Shown: piece by piece, positions 27,261 through 42,489 of the stretch | Numbering within the stretch: position 1 is the stretch's first letter | Layout of the letters: each line of letters begins with the position of its first letter | Assembly (NCBI GenBank): GCA_951406725.2 | Contig: OX597815.1 | Coordinates: 140,182,001-140,246,000, forward strand | DNA from: Octopus vulgaris | Taxonomy: Eukaryota | Direction: 5' to 3' | DNA: 64,000 nucleotides | Notes under the pieces: generated by a model | What the model was told of the DNA's origin: nothing | What the model saw: the letters and a program-made list of their open reading frames with translations, nothing else | Databases searched by the model: none | Translations under genes and position numbers: made by a program

Positions 27261-27785
27261 GTTCTTCTTGTTGATAGTCTCAGACACAAACACATATACA
27301 TCTCTCTCCCCCTATCTTTACATACATGCATCTATACACACGCAATGCATCCACAAACACATATATACATATAGGTGGGCAAGCATACATACATACATAC
27401 ATACATACATAAATATATATTTACATAGATGCATACATACATACAATGAAGTGAAAACGTGACAGGCTAAATATAGTTGTTTGGGATAAACAAGAAAGAG
27501 TATGTTCCATTGTAGAGGTCATCTGACCCTGGTGATGTGAATATCTCTTCGAAAATCAGATAAAAAGAAGATAACCACGGACAACCGTTTCGGAACAAAC
27601 AGCTGCTTCTGTGAAATGTCATAAAAGATCCTCCTCCTCCTCTGAGAAGGGAAGATAGTCTCACCTGCCATTTGGCAATTGTGAGACATCCTCTAGAGGT
27701 GGAGATAATTTCAATAAATCAAGAATTTATATTATACGTTATTTGTTGCACATGGATATATTTTGATATACGAAATGTGTGTGCA

Positions 27786-27896
<111 letters not shown>

Positions 27897-28317
27897 ATAT
27901 CTAATCATCGTCATCGTCGGCTGTTCGTCGTAGGCCGACGTCGACAGTTCTGTTCTGTTTTTCGGCGCCTCCAGGCAGGTACCAAGTGCTATAGCTCACT
28001 CACTAGCTGGTGCCCAACCTTTGTCTGATGGCACAGATCTTTTGCATGGCCACATGTACATACATACTTACACCCCCCCCACACACTTATTTATTGGGAG
28101 TTACATGTATAGATCAAAACAGTTTGGTCCGAATTCCGTGGTACTTAAAGTTTCAAAGCATAAGATGATGCTTATCGTCGGCCAATGGAAATTTGAATCG
28201 GATTTCCAATGGCACACACACATACACACACACGCACACACACATATCAAAATGTAACCGCATGTGAATCGTTGGGGATTTTTTCCTCCATCTACCTTTT
28301 CTATTGGACTTTCCACT

Positions 28318-28352
28318 GCTTCCGAAGAAGAGCTTTGCTCGAAACGTTAAAC
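28318..28352 (+). ncRNA. Variant or degenerate minimal hammerhead (CCGAAGA core)
   Basis: CCGAAGA a gagc-ttt-gctc GAAAC GTT; weak stem I. Confidence 0.4.
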
Positions 28353-29155
28353 CACCTTTCTTTCCTTCCCTGAGCGTCAGATAAGGTTCGACCCTCGGAC
28401 CGCTGGTGGTTAAGGTGAGATCATATCTGTAAAAATTGTCGATCTGACAGTCCTTTGATCAGAAGTGGTTGGCTCCGTTTTGTGTCAATAGGGGTTGAAC
28501 AAATGATGATCATACGTATATAGAGCGAAAATGATGCAATGTTAGCAGATGTTGCTAGAAAAAGAGCTGTGTAGGTGATGCCGGCAGTGGTTACTCTGCT
28601 GGCAGATAAATTTTGTTTCCGAACTACTTGTTTATGTACTTATACATGGATAATATTTAGAATATCCTGCGGAAAAACGGAGTCCAGCACCAAGTTGATG
28701 CTTTTCTGACATACTTAGGCATAATTATTCTATCGTCCGCTTTGCCGAATCGCTAAGTTACAGGTACCTACACACCAACACCGGTTGTCAAGACACAAAG
28801 ACACACAAACTCTACTCAAAAAACACAAATAGAATGTGGAAAACTTAAATAACAGTAGTAATCTGAAAAATGTCAACTTGCTTAACCCATCCCCTAGCAT
28901 TAGACGGAAACCCAATACGTCCTGCAGTTTGCTATCTCTGCTATGAAAACATTTTTCCTCGGCACAATAATATCATAAGCTCTTCAGAAAGAAGAAAAAT
29001 GAAGGTGGGCCACAGCTATTTAAATAGTAAGATATTTTGAATATTGAGTTACAGTCTAAGTTATACAAACAGAAACATGCGAACCCAGCTACCACAATGC
29101 AATAGCAGAAACACCATAACCTGTCCACTTGGCGTAGTGGATATGAAAATAGATA

Positions 29156-29549
<394 letters not shown>

Positions 29550-29550
<1 letters not shown>

Positions 29551-30139
29551 TTAGGTTACATCTGTTTGACACATTAATATTAAGTGACATGTTTGACGAT
29601 TCTCCAGCATCAAGGAATGATAGTAATTCTACTTTAATTATTCAGGCATACTGACGTAGGAAAGCAGTGTTGATTCTACTTCTGGTCCTAGAGGAGTATA
29701 CGAGTTGTGTGTGGTCTAAAATGTATTTTCTGCGAGGCCAATGTAGTTTCTCTAGGAAACATCTGAAGCTGGTATCCTTACTCTGTATAAGCGCTTTTGT
29801 AAGCGCTTTGCCGCCAAGTGGACAGGTTATGATGTTTCTGCTATTGTATTGTGGTAGCTGGGTTCGCATGTTTCTGTTTGTATAACTTAGACTGTAACTC
29901 AATATTCAAAATATCCTACTATTTAAATAGCTGTCGCTCACCTTCAGTTTTCTTCTTTCTGAAGACCTTATGATATTATTGTGTCGAGGGAAAATGTTTT
30001 GATAGCAGAGATAGCAAACTGCAGGACGTATTGGGTTTCCGTCTAATGCTAGGGGATGGGTTAAGCAAGTTGACATTTTTCAGGTTACTACTGTTATTTA
30101 AGTTTTTCACTTTCTATTTGTGTTTTTTGAGTAGAGTTT
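29550..30139 (-). pseudogene. Degraded PLE C-terminus (GIY-YIG region)
   Basis: CPLGGK.LTKALI then, in a shifted frame, YRVRIP...RNYIGLAENTF and later RCNL; matches the PLE CPLxGxCL/YIG pattern. Confidence 0.55.
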
Positions 30140-30237
30140 CTCCCGATCGCTTACAAGCATGTATGTATGTATGTATGTATGTATGTATGTATGTATGTAT
30201 GTATGTATGTATGTATGTATGTATGTATGTATGTATG

Positions 30238-30268
<31 letters not shown>

Positions 30269-30423
30269 ATAAGTATGTATGTAGGCGTGGCGATGTAGTA
30301 AGAAGCTTGCTTCCTAACCACATGGTTCCAAATTCAAGCAGTGATGGAGGGACAAACACAAATGCAGACTCTCTCTTTCTCTCTCTCTCACACACAAAAC
30401 ACATACGCAAGACACACACGCAA

Positions 30424-30502
<79 letters not shown>

Positions 30503-30619
30503 GACACACACTAGCTTGGTACTTATTCTATCGGTCTCTTTGCCGAATCACTAAATTACAGGGACATAAACACACCAACACCGGTTGTCAAGCGGTGGTG
30601 GAGGACAAATACAGACATA

Positions 30620-30658
<39 letters not shown>

Positions 30659-30659
30659 G

Positions 30660-31070
30660 CTCTTTTACACTTTTACTTTTCTACTTGTTTCTGTCATTTG
30701 ACTGCGGCTATGCTGGAGCACCGCCTTTAGTCGAGCAAATCAACCTCAGGACTTATGCTTTGTAAGCCTAGTACTTATTTTATCGGTTTCTTTTGCCGAA
30801 CCGCTAAGTTACGGGGATGCAAACACGCCAGTAAGGGTTGTCAAGCGATGGTGGAGGTACAAACACAGACACACAAACATATACACACACATACATATAT
30901 ACATATATACAACGGGCTTCTTTCAGTTTCCGTCTACCAAATCCACTTACAAGTCTTTGGTCGGCCCGAGGCCATAGTAGAAGACACTTGCCCAAGGTGC
31001 CACGCGGTGAGTCTGAGCCCAGAACCAAGTGGTGGGTAAGCAAGATACTTACCACACAGCCACTCCTGCG

Positions 31071-31073
<3 letters not shown>
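30660..31073 (-). mobile_element. SINE family B, full length
   Basis: Colinear with 2474-2879, including the tail and the head ccactcctgcgcct. Confidence 0.85.
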
Positions 31074-31131
<58 letters not shown>

Positions 31132-31314
31132 ATACATATATGTATATATGTAAACACAGCCACACACATATATATATACATGAAATGAAGTAAAATGATG
31201 TTAAATTCTTTTTTCTCGAAAATAACTATAACTATGAATTGTGTATCTCTATACAAATCCCGAAATATAATGATATATATATATAGGTATATATGTGAAT
31301 ATATGTATATATAG

Positions 31315-31367
<53 letters not shown>

Positions 31368-31923
31368 TATACATATATATATGTATATATACATACATAT
31401 ATATGTATATATATATATATATGTATACATATACACACATATATATATATACATTTATTTATGCATGAAATGAAATCAAATGATGTTAAATCCTTTTTTC
31501 TCGAAAATAACTATGTCTGTGAATGTGGATGTCAATGCAAACATGCATATACACATACGTACATACCATACCATACACACACACACACACACAAACGGAG
31601 ACAGGCGCACATGCACACACATGCACGTACAGGTTTCTCCAAAAACTAGTTTCACGCATAGGGTAAATTAATGCATTCTAACATTTCGGTTGTGGCCAAT
31701 ATATATGGCTAGTAATATCATTTTCAGCAATCTGAGACTCACAAGATATGGAGAAAGTAAAAACGAAGCTTTCTGTAGTTGCAATTTAGAATTACATCAA
31801 AGCAGATAATAGAAAATCTGCATCTATGGAAGCTTTGACGTAATATATATATATATAATGAGTGTGTGTACGTGCATGCATGTATGTATATATGTATGTA
31901 TATAATATATAATATATATATGA

Positions 31924-31954
<31 letters not shown>

Positions 31955-32110
31955 GACATATACATACATATGCATATATCTTTATATATATATATATATA
32001 CATACATATATATGCATATATATATATATTTCTAGAGAAAGAAATCCTGAGTGAGAGAAACATGAACAAATATATATTCGTTTACATACGTATTTATCTA
32101 TGCATACATA

Positions 32111-32168
<58 letters not shown>

Positions 32169-33287
32169 GTATGCATATATACACATCTCCTAGATGCATA
32201 CACATAAATATGCGTATATATAAATACATAAATGCTTTTGTGTGCTTGTGTGCTTCTGTACGCATGTGAGTAAGACAATTTGTAAACTATGTTTCTGTTC
32301 GTTTATCGATTATGAATATTAAATATAAAGGAGATGTAGGTTGAAACACGTAACATAGTTACTGAAACTGGTACTCCACTTTCTCAGCGAAATATTCTCA
32401 GGTGACCGCTTCTACACACGAAATGTGTTAAGAGACGACATATTTGGAACACAATATACACATAGCTTCTCCTGTAAAAGGAAGTATTTCCCTCTTAACA
32501 GTACTGCTGTACGCTTGTGTATATGGAAATTACGTTTCTATATCTCATAATACATATGCAGATATATAGATAGATAGACACATTGACAGATTACATGAAT
32601 TGATGGATAGATTAGTAAGGTTACAGATAGAGGGATAAATAGCTAGACAACACAACTAAATAGGCATGCAGATAGACGCTGACGTAAGCAGAGAGATAAA
32701 TAGATGTATGCATATGTACAATTATGATTATAAGCGAAAGTAATGATCACATGTACATGGTGAAGGGTTTATTTTATTCATTATAGTTTATTTATATTTA
32801 CGGTTAGGCAAATCCTGGAATCTATCAAAAAGAATTACATTTAGCACGAATATGTAGGTGAAGCGAAAGTGAAAGTGACAACATTACATTTACTCTTCAG
32901 GTCCCATAGAAAGAGGACCAACGATCAGGTACACCCCACTGACATAGTTCTGAGGTATAAAAATAGACTGATATGCAACAAATTGAATAGATCATATGTT
33001 CAGAGCCTGAGATTGCTTGGAGACACAAGGCGTGTTATAAAAACCGGCTTAGACTCGCAGACCCGCAAACCCGCGTCTCGAAAGTAAGAAACTATTAGCT
33101 CGTATCATTATATTCTGTTTCTTTGGTTTGTTTGTTCTCAAACAACACTTATTTTAGTGTTGTTGACAACACCGGATTGAATGGTACTGCCCAGGTGTCG
33201 AAACCATAATGATATCCGTGGGGCAGCTTAAGATGGATGTATGTTGGATTGTTGGTATGGCTGCAGAATAGTATTATGACACGTCCT

Positions 33288-33337
<50 letters not shown>

Positions 33338-33343
<6 letters not shown>

Positions 33344-33637
33344 ATCACGTGACCGACCAGTCCATCTGATGTAGTTACACATTGCTGGTCACAATGTGTT
33401 CGCATTGTTTTAGCCTTCGAATGACGCCACCCCGCTGGCTAAGCGAGCCGGCCCACAGAAGAAAGAGTGGGACAAAGAGTGGTGAAAGAGTACAGCAGGG
33501 ATCACCACCCCCTGCCGGAGGCCGTGGAGCTTTTAGGTGTTTTCGCTCAATAAACACTCACAACGCCCGGTCTGGGAATCGAAACCGCGATTCTACAACC
33601 GCGAGTCCGCTGCCCTAACCATTGGGCCATTGCGCCT

Positions 33638-33640
<3 letters not shown>
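33338..33640 (-). mobile_element. tRNA-derived SINE, family C
   Basis: Head tggaggcgcaatggcccaatggttagggcagcggactc...gtttcgattccc (box A/B). Confidence 0.8.
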
Positions 33641-33703
<63 letters not shown>

Positions 33704-33726
33704 GTATATGTATATATATGTATGTG

Positions 33727-33762
<36 letters not shown>

Positions 33763-33783
33763 AATATATATATGGATATATAT

Positions 33784-36616
33784 GTAACAGACAGAAGGGA
33801 AAGGAGCCATGGTGGAGTTGCTGTATACATCCGAGATGACCTCACACCCCAGGTCTTGATGACATACTCAAATTCGGTATGTGACACCTTAATTGTATAC
33901 ATAAGACAACATAATATAGTCATATGCAATACATATTGCCCACCGGATACCCCAAATCACATAGGCAAGTTTGAAGATTGCCTCACAAGAATTAAAGAAA
34001 TCCTCATATTTCTTATGGGTGATTTCAACTTCCCCAACGTCAAATGGCCCGAAGGTCACATACTCTCAGGAATGAATCATTGCAAGCAAGTACAGGTGGA
34101 GTCCCTGCTCAACCTCATCAATGCCTTATTCATGGAGCAAGTTGTACTCAAGCCAACTAGGGCGAATAACATTCTGGATATCTGCTTCACGAACAATATG
34201 GACATCATTCATGATGTGAAAGTGACACCGACATCAGTTTCGGATCACAACATAATAGAACTGTCTATGTTTGGGCCGAAAGTAACCAGAGACATACAGC
34301 CTAAAGGAAGCACCCGAAATCTCTCCAATCTGAACTTCCACAAAGCAGATTGGAAATCGATCCAAAAAGAGATCCTCAGAGAGGACTGGCCGGAATGTCT
34401 CTCCACACCAGACATTGACATGAAACTAGAATGTTTCATGTCTTCTGTGCAAGCCGTATGCCAGAAATATGTCCCAGAGCACAAGGCCAAAACAAATAGG
34501 AGCAAGATTCCAAGAGACAGGAAGATCCTCATGAGACGACGGACGAAGGTTGTAAATCGTCTCAACCAACATCCCAAAAGTAGCGAAACGTCCCGCCTAA
34601 AAACAACACTGATGGAGATCGAAAAAAGGCTGCAACAATCCTATGTGAAGGAGAAATCAGACAAAGAAGCCTGGGTTATAAAAAACATTAAATCAAACCC
34701 AAAGGCCTTCTTTCATTACGCGAAAGAAACAGTATCAGTACACTACAAGATAGGACCCCTCCTTCAAAAGGATGGCTCCCTCACAGACAGTCCAACTATG
34801 ATCAGTGAGATGCTGAATGACCAGTTCAAAAGTGTCTTTACCAACCCGTTGGAACACAGACAAGTGTACGAACCAGTGGACTTCTTTGCCGCCTCACCTA
34901 TAACCAGCGAGGCGGTTACAATAGAATGTATTGACATTAGCGAAAAAGATGTCCTACCAGCCATAGATGAAGTGGACACAAACTCAGCTGCTGGTCCAGA
35001 CGGTTTCCCAGCCATCCTCTTCAAAGCGTGTAAGCATGCCCTGGCAAAACCCCTCAAGATTCTCTTCCAGACCTTTCTTGCGAATGGCAAAACTGCCAAG
35101 CAAGCTGAAGGAGGGAATAATATGCCCAATACATAAAGGGGGAGGTAGAGCAGATGCCAAAAACTATAGGCCTATCTCTCTGACTTCACACATCAGCAAA
35201 GTCATGGAACGGATAGTCAGAAAGAAACTAATCGCATTCCTTGAGGAAAATAACTTGCTGAGTAATACCCAGCATGGTTTCCGACCAGGTAGGAGCTGCC
35301 TGACCCAGCTCTTACAGCATTATGACTGGGTGTTGAGGCAGTTACTCAAAAAAATCAAATGTGGACGTAATCTACCTTGATTTTGCAAAAGCTTTTGACA
35401 AGGTGGATCATGGTATGATATACCACAAACTACGTGACCTCGGCATAGCTGGAAAACTTGGAGTGTGGTTGCATGACCTCCTGAAAGATAGGAGTCAGGC
35501 AGTAGTGGTTAATGGAGCTACCTCTATGAACACACAAATAGTGAGCGGTGTTCCACAGGGCACTGTCTTGGGACCACTGCTTTTTATAGTGGCCCTCCTA
35601 GATATGCCCTCAAGAGCCCGGATAGCCACTCTGGCCAGCTATGCAGACGATACGAAAGTCTCGCAGAAAATACAGAACCCCAGCGATGTTGCACACCTGC
35701 AGCAGGAGTTGGACTCAATCTACAGATGGGCTGAGGATAATAATATGCAGTTTAATGCTGAAAAATTCCAGGCCCTGCGCTACCAGCATCCAAAACTGAA
35801 TATTAAACTTACAGGATACACCGGTCCACAGGGAATTTCAATCCCAGAGCCTAAGTCTGTGAGGGACCTGGGTATCGACATGAGTGATGATACCTCTTTC
35901 CAAGTGCACATTACCAGGATGGCGACAAAGTGCAGACGACTAGCTGGGTGGATCCTAAGAACATTCAGAACCAGAGATAAGGAAACCATGATGGTCCTCT
36001 GGCGGACATTCGTCCTCAGTCGCCTGGATTACTGCTCACAGCTATATACACCCACCAGTGTAAAATTAACAGCGGACCTTGAAGCAATCCAGAGAAGATT
36101 TACAAAGAAGATCATCTCTTTGCCACATCTCAGCTACTGGGAAAGGTTGAAACAGCTAAGACTCTACTCCCTGGAGAGAAGACGGGAGAGGTATGCAGTG
36201 ATATATGTCTGGAAGATCCTGGAAGGAATTGTGCCAAATTTTGGCATTGTAAGCTACACCAATGCTAGAACGGGACGACACTGCATAGTGCCAAAGATCC
36301 CAGCAATGCCATCACGCTTCAGGACCAGCTTCAGCAACAGCCTGGGTTTCAAGGGCCCACAGCTTTTTAATATTCTCCCAAATATTCTCCCAACTTGCAC
36401 AAAGTGGATGTAGCGGTTTTTAAATCAAAGCTGGACATCTTCCTGTCGAGAGTCCCAGATGAGCCTACCTCACGGCAGGAGGTGCAAATGAGAGTAGCTA
36501 TATCAAACTCCATTCTTCACCAAGTGCCACATATTAGACGAGGTTCGTCGTAATAGCAGTGTAGCACAAGACGGCGGTGCATCAGCATGGCCGCAGCTCT
36601 GAGCTGAAACTAGGAA
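33784..36616 (+). mobile_element. 5'-truncated CR1-group LINE ORF2 (APE plus RT), frameshifted
   Basis: [75 protein letters not shown]; frameshifts ~35095 and ~35355; (TA)n on both sides. Confidence 0.93.
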
Positions 36617-36637
36617 ATATATATATATATATATAAA

Positions 36638-37380
36638 TGTTATGAATGAGAAATTATCTAAATTTAATTTCTGATAGCACCACGCGAATTAGAACTACCG
36701 CCCCATGGTATTGCAAGGGAAGACTATAGTAAATAAAAAATCAATCCCAACGAAAACAAAAATTCAATTTGGTCACGTAACTGTTTAAAGTAGGATGGAC
36801 GGATTTGCATATTTTTAATCAACACGTGGCAGTCAGTCTGTGCCGGGAGCCTATGTGCGACGGTTGATATGCATGAGTTGGCGCTAGACATTTGGCGTCT
36901 GTTGTTGATATGAACGGTAGATTACGTGAGCATTTGTTGTCGGACATTTGGCTCGGAGTGAGTGCCATTAGCCGACGTGAGCGGTTTATGTGAATAGTTG
37001 ATACTGTAGGCAGTGCCGGCGAGTCGAAGTGAGCGTTTGATGGGGATGGTTGACGTTTTTTGCATTGAAGTGGACGATTTGAACTGGTAAAAGAACACGG
37101 AATGTGAAGATGGCTGTGAATATAGCTAGTGTGAAGATGGCAAAGTAAACAAACAGTGAGCGTGAAGTTGGCTACGAAGAAGGTCGGGGTAAAGATTCGA
37201 TGGGACCAGTAGAAGTGAACTCGAGCGGAGAAGAACCAGATTACACAAGACATCCAGCCAGGTAAGACTATTTCTTCCACTCTAAACAAGTTAGTTTGCT
37301 GGGCTGGCCTGCGGTCTTCATAGCTTCTGACTAGACTGATGGAGCCGTGCTAGTGGATCCGGAGGTCGCAGTTCGCAACA
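36638..37380 (+). mobile_element. Possible solo LTR
   Basis: TGTT...AACA termini, GC-richer body with internal repeat tgtgaagatggc and a donor-like ag|gtaag; no clear TSD. Confidence 0.3.
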
Positions 37381-38104
37381 ATATATATGTAGTCCATAAA
37401 AAGTTAGGTGGTACGAGATATAAGATGTGAATATATTTATTTAACCACTTGATATCCTAAGGATTACGACCGTTTCGCAACCTTCATCATGTAATAAAGA
37501 TTTCAGTGCATAATAATTTATTTTACACACCTGCACCGATATGCGTCCATACATTGTATAGTGCAATTGTACACTTGCAAATCAATACAAATATAGAAGG
37601 TCAGCTCTTAAGATCACAGAACATCTTGGTTGCACAAATACATCAATTGGGAAACTGAAAGAAAAGCCCTAATCAAAAACAGAAACAAAACCAGTGTTAA
37701 GGTGTTTGTGCAACTGGTGTCAATGAAGGCTACTACTGTAGAATAAGTGTACAATATAGAGAAATGAAGACTTATCAAAGCTAACACCAGAAACTATTGA
37801 TAAAGCAGTGCCATACTTGGAATATAGGAATTGTGGCTCAGTTTCAAAGACGTATAAAAGCATTCGGAATTTAACACAGCGTGAGGAAACGTAGTGCAAA
37901 ACAGTAAACCCGACTTTGTCTCATGGCTTGAAACATCGTCAGATTCACATATTTGTATCGGAATGAGAGATTCAATACAGAGACTTGATTTGCTTCTGAG
38001 AATAAAACGCGAGTATCTGAGATTTTCGTAATCCTAAATGCCTTTAAGTCTAGCATTTTTAGTAGATTTAACATTCTAATTAAAGACACTGAATTTTCAG
38101 CTGT

Positions 38105-38137
<33 letters not shown>

Positions 38138-38449
38138 CCAGCTGATACAGGACAAGTGGAGATACATACTTGCCTTCCAAACAAACTTCCGTTGCGGCAA
38201 TGTCAATAGGAAAAATCATACTATGCTCATATTTTTACATTCAGTGAGATCAAACCTACTGACTAAAATATAATTATAGCTGCGATACGTGGTTTAAGAA
38301 CTGAATTTTCTTCTCGTTTCGTTGACTTTCATTTACGCTGGTAAACTAAGAATACTTAGCACTCCGTTTGATAATCAAGTGGACATCGTACCAGAAAATT
38401 TTCATGGATAATACTGAAATACAAAAGAAAGAAATTCAAATCCAAATCG

Positions 38450-38580
38450 GCTCTAGTACTTATTTATAGACCCCGAAAAATTGAAAGGCTAAGTCGAGCT
38501 CATCGGAGTGTAAATTCAGACAGACAAAACGCCACTAAGCATTTTTCCTGGCGTGCTAACAATTCTGCCACCTCGTCGCA
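38450..38580 (-). mobile_element. Degenerate SINE family A copy
   Basis: ggcgtgctaacaattctgcca and gaaaggctaagtcga. Confidence 0.6.
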
Positions 38581-41500
38581 TTTGGCAAGTATAATATTGT
38601 GTCCACTGCAACATAAATATTGGACGTAAATATTATATACTTAATCCAAAGCTGCGTGTTTTATTAACTCAATATATTAGTTAAAGAATGCAATATATTA
38701 GTTCAAAAGATAAGTGTTGCTGCCATCACCTTGAAGAAAAGAAAAGACAGCCTTACACGGTCCCATGGTATGTAATTAAAACCAACATTATATATTGTGT
38801 GATCTGTGAATGATCCATGAACTTTGTAAATTTTGTGAATCTCCTGAAAAATGGCTGTGTACATCAAACTGAAGAACACACATGAACACGTGCATTTTGT
38901 CTGTGACTCAATCTATGTTGTGTATGTAAGTGTGTGTGTGTGTGTGTGTGTTTGTGAGGGAAAGAAATGTTTACGTTAGCAGCTGAAGTCTACTACATAG
39001 AGTATTGATTTAAGTGTTGTTCAATGTTATAAACCTAGATTCCATTACATGACGTATTTCGTGGCGGTAGATCAAAGTGACATATAACTTTGAAGATATA
39101 CAGTTGGTCGTTACAAATTAAACGTTTATTTGAAACGAAGCAAACAAAGAAGGAAAGAGAGAAAGAGAAGGAAAGAAAGAGAAAAGAAGAAGAAGAAGAA
39201 GAAGAAGAAGAAGAAAAGAGAGAGAGAAAACGAGCGAGAGAGAACGGAAAAGAGAGATTCTAAAAGGTCGTCGGATTTTCTAGAAATGGCAGCCAATTTC
39301 CTTCAAATAATATCCCAATCTCTTAAAAAACAATGGAGGTCACATTGGGTAATAAAGTCCTTTATGTGCTTCGAATCAAGAATGGTGATGGTTGTGTTGT
39401 CTTTGATCAAATGTCTTTCAAAGAACGACTGACAGGGGTCTAAACAGCGATGACAGCGATAATTTTTTTATTTGAACGAAACCTGTCTTCAAAGACTTAA
39501 CATGACAATAATTACATAGATTAAATAAGTTATGATTAGTGTTACGGGAAACTGGAATGGCAGTGGAGTGTTTTCATAAATGATATACATTCTGACAGCC
39601 GTTGAAATCGTTTCAGAAGGCTGTGTGAATGAAATCACGTACTACACATCAAGACTTGTTTCAAATGTTAGTGATGGGAATTAATAAATACTCGTTGTCG
39701 ATATACATAGTTTAGCTGACATTTCTTAGTACTAGTAAAAGATTCTTCCATGTTTATTTTCTTTTTCTTTTCGTTGACGGAAGACTTATACGATGTGTCT
39801 GACTGAGGTGCATAATTAGAAGGCATGTCTTATGTGATGTCAAGCATTTTTCAGGCATCCTCTTAGTTCAAGAGCGTTGTAACGGGGAATGTAGTCACGA
39901 AAAAGTAAAATATTTATTTATTCGTTCTGCAGGAGTTCTAATTCAGAGACAAGAGATATAGTTGCAACAGACGATGTATTAACACAGAAACATGACAAGT
40001 GTAATTTCTTAAATTTATTATTCAATAGAGAAGAGACAGCTCTTAGAACTTTTGCACACACTTTCTAAAACTGAGTTTGATGATTTTCTATGTGAAGTTC
40101 TGTTGGTAGACATTTATAGCAAAACCATAAATGATGTTGAATTCCATGTAATCTGGGGAAATACTTAGAGATAAGAAACTAGAAGAGTGATGGAAGACGG
40201 AGAAGCTGAGGTGTAAGGTAAAACGTTGAAGACATGTATGTATATATAAAATGGCTTAATATTTGCATGTATATACGAACAGTTTGGAGTATAAGAGTTA
40301 TAATAGTTCTATACCAAATTAGACTAAAGATAAATTGGGGAGTGTATGTGCGTGTGTCCAACATTATACCCCCATAAATCATTATGAGAAACAGACTCAT
40401 TACTCGGATGTTGAAGTAATCAAAACTTTGGTGTAGATCTAGGTTATGGAATAATTATTTTGTTATGTGTTACTTCTTTAGTTTCTTTATTCTACTTTAC
40501 TACTGAGGTGTATGTTTTATTTTAAGTTTACTTCCTGGAACGAACACCGAAGGTGAAGGTAACTTCTATGCGATAATTTGGCTTCTTAGATAAGTCAGCC
40601 AAATCTCCTTCAAATGATACAATGGATACAAATACTGGATCTATATAGTAATGTGATCTTAAACACGAAGGCTATATTGGTCAATGTATTACTGGATATG
40701 CCTAAACGAAATAAAGACAGAATCGTTCTAGTACGAATCTTTTTGTTCATGGCTTTGTTCCGTCTGTTTTACCTGAGGTTAAACAACACATTTATGTAGA
40801 AACATATATAAAGCTAAATACTTAAAATGAGTCAAAGAGGCAAAAATCTATGCGGTCAGTCAACCTCCTAGAAGTAATAACCAAATCATTCCGAATTCAC
40901 ACTCCAGCAAATTAGAAAAGGATACATTGAATAAAAATACTTAATTATACTTTCCGGTACATAGGAAAACGATAGGGTGTGTTCATGGTTGGAGTGTCTT
41001 TAAAGAGTGATCTGTGGCTAACCAAGAAAATATTTCGACATACGTTTAAATCATAAATTACATAGGCTGTATGTAATTTATTTCTAACTTTTCAGAAAAA
41101 TAACAGCAAGAAACTGAACGCACGGCAACATATCTTAGATTTTTAATATCTGGTGACGTTGGACAATTAAAAATCAACGAACAAAAGACTTTGCCATATG
41201 TTAACTATTACTAACAGAATAGGCAAATATAAAAGTTAACGACTCAAATATTTGTGATAGATGAGCCTTGTGACTAGAGTACAAAAGAATATCTATTATA
41301 AACTATGGAAGAATATGTAAAGAAGATAGTAGTAGCAGCAGCAAGAACGGTTGTGGTGGTGGTAATAGTGGTAGACGAAGGTGAGATTGGTATCTATATT
41401 TCAACGAGACATGTTATTAATAATGACTAAGTTTGCAACACTGGTCTGAATTATTTTACATTCAAGTCTCTCTGTTTCCGATCTCTAATTGCATTTCTAT

Positions 41501-41619
41501 CCACAAGCCAATATATATATATATATATATACATGTGTGTGTGTTTACATATATACTGATATATGTATGCATGTGCATATATATGTGTGTGTATGTATGT
41601 ATAAATATTTATGTAAATA

Positions 41620-41658
<39 letters not shown>

Positions 41659-42183
41659 TAATGTGAACTAATATAGATGTCTCTTAAAGCATACGTATGA
41701 ACAATATGCAATTCTTCATTATAAATTACTGACGTGAGAGCCAAACGCGCTTCATAATATACATTAAAGTACATATAAACCTGTACACTTCTCATAATAT
41801 ATGCGACATATATATATGTATATATATTATTTCATATATCTAGATGCTTATATATAATTCAGTGTACCACTGTGCATACGTGCATGCATATATATATATA
41901 TATATCCATTTTCAGTATGTATCTACATTTACGTATGGCCGTATATTTGTATGTATGTATCTACATATGCATATATATATATGCATATATATATATGTAT
42001 ATATATATATATACACACACATGTATATATATATATATACATGTATATATATACATATATATATACACATGTATATATATATAGATATATATATATATAT
42101 ACATGTATACATATATATATACATATATATGTATATACATGAATACATATATATATACATATATATATATACATGTATATATA

Positions 42184-42464
42184 TTCGTTTTGGGATTTGG
42201 TTTGCAAGATTCTTTATATGATTTTGTGTGTTGAAGCATATTCTGTCGTGTCTGGGGAGAGTCATTTTCTTTTTGTGCCCTATAATGTAACACACTCACC
42301 GGTAAAATTTCCACTTTTTTCTTATTGAGTCAAAACTATTGAAAAGGTTGTAAGATGCAACGAAAAATTTGGGAAAATAAAAATAAGAAAAAAGTGGAAA
42401 TTTTACCGGTGAGTGTGTTACATTATAAGGCACAAAAAGAAAATGACTCTCCCCAGACACAACA
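42184..42464. repeat. Fold-back of a short repeat (arms 42244-42326 / 42382-42464) with a U3:A8 hammerhead in the loop
   Basis: Arms are reverse complements; same family as 47164-47356. Confidence 0.8.
42336..42372 (+). ncRNA. Minimal hammerhead-like motif, U3:A8 variant
   Basis: cta-TTGAAAA-g gttgta/tgcaac-GAAA aa TT-tgg. Confidence 0.45.
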
Positions 42465-42489
42465 AAACATGTATATACATGTATATAAA

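Noticed and set aside
31178-31515. ~50-bp direct repeat flanking (AT)n as a CRISPR-like or LTR structure
   Set aside because: Only two copies; simple local duplication in eukaryotic DNA
37463-37494. ATGATGA aggttgc GAAAC GGTC with ttac/gtaa stem I (minus strand)
   Set aside because: Core C3 and stem II are missing; at best a decayed remnant
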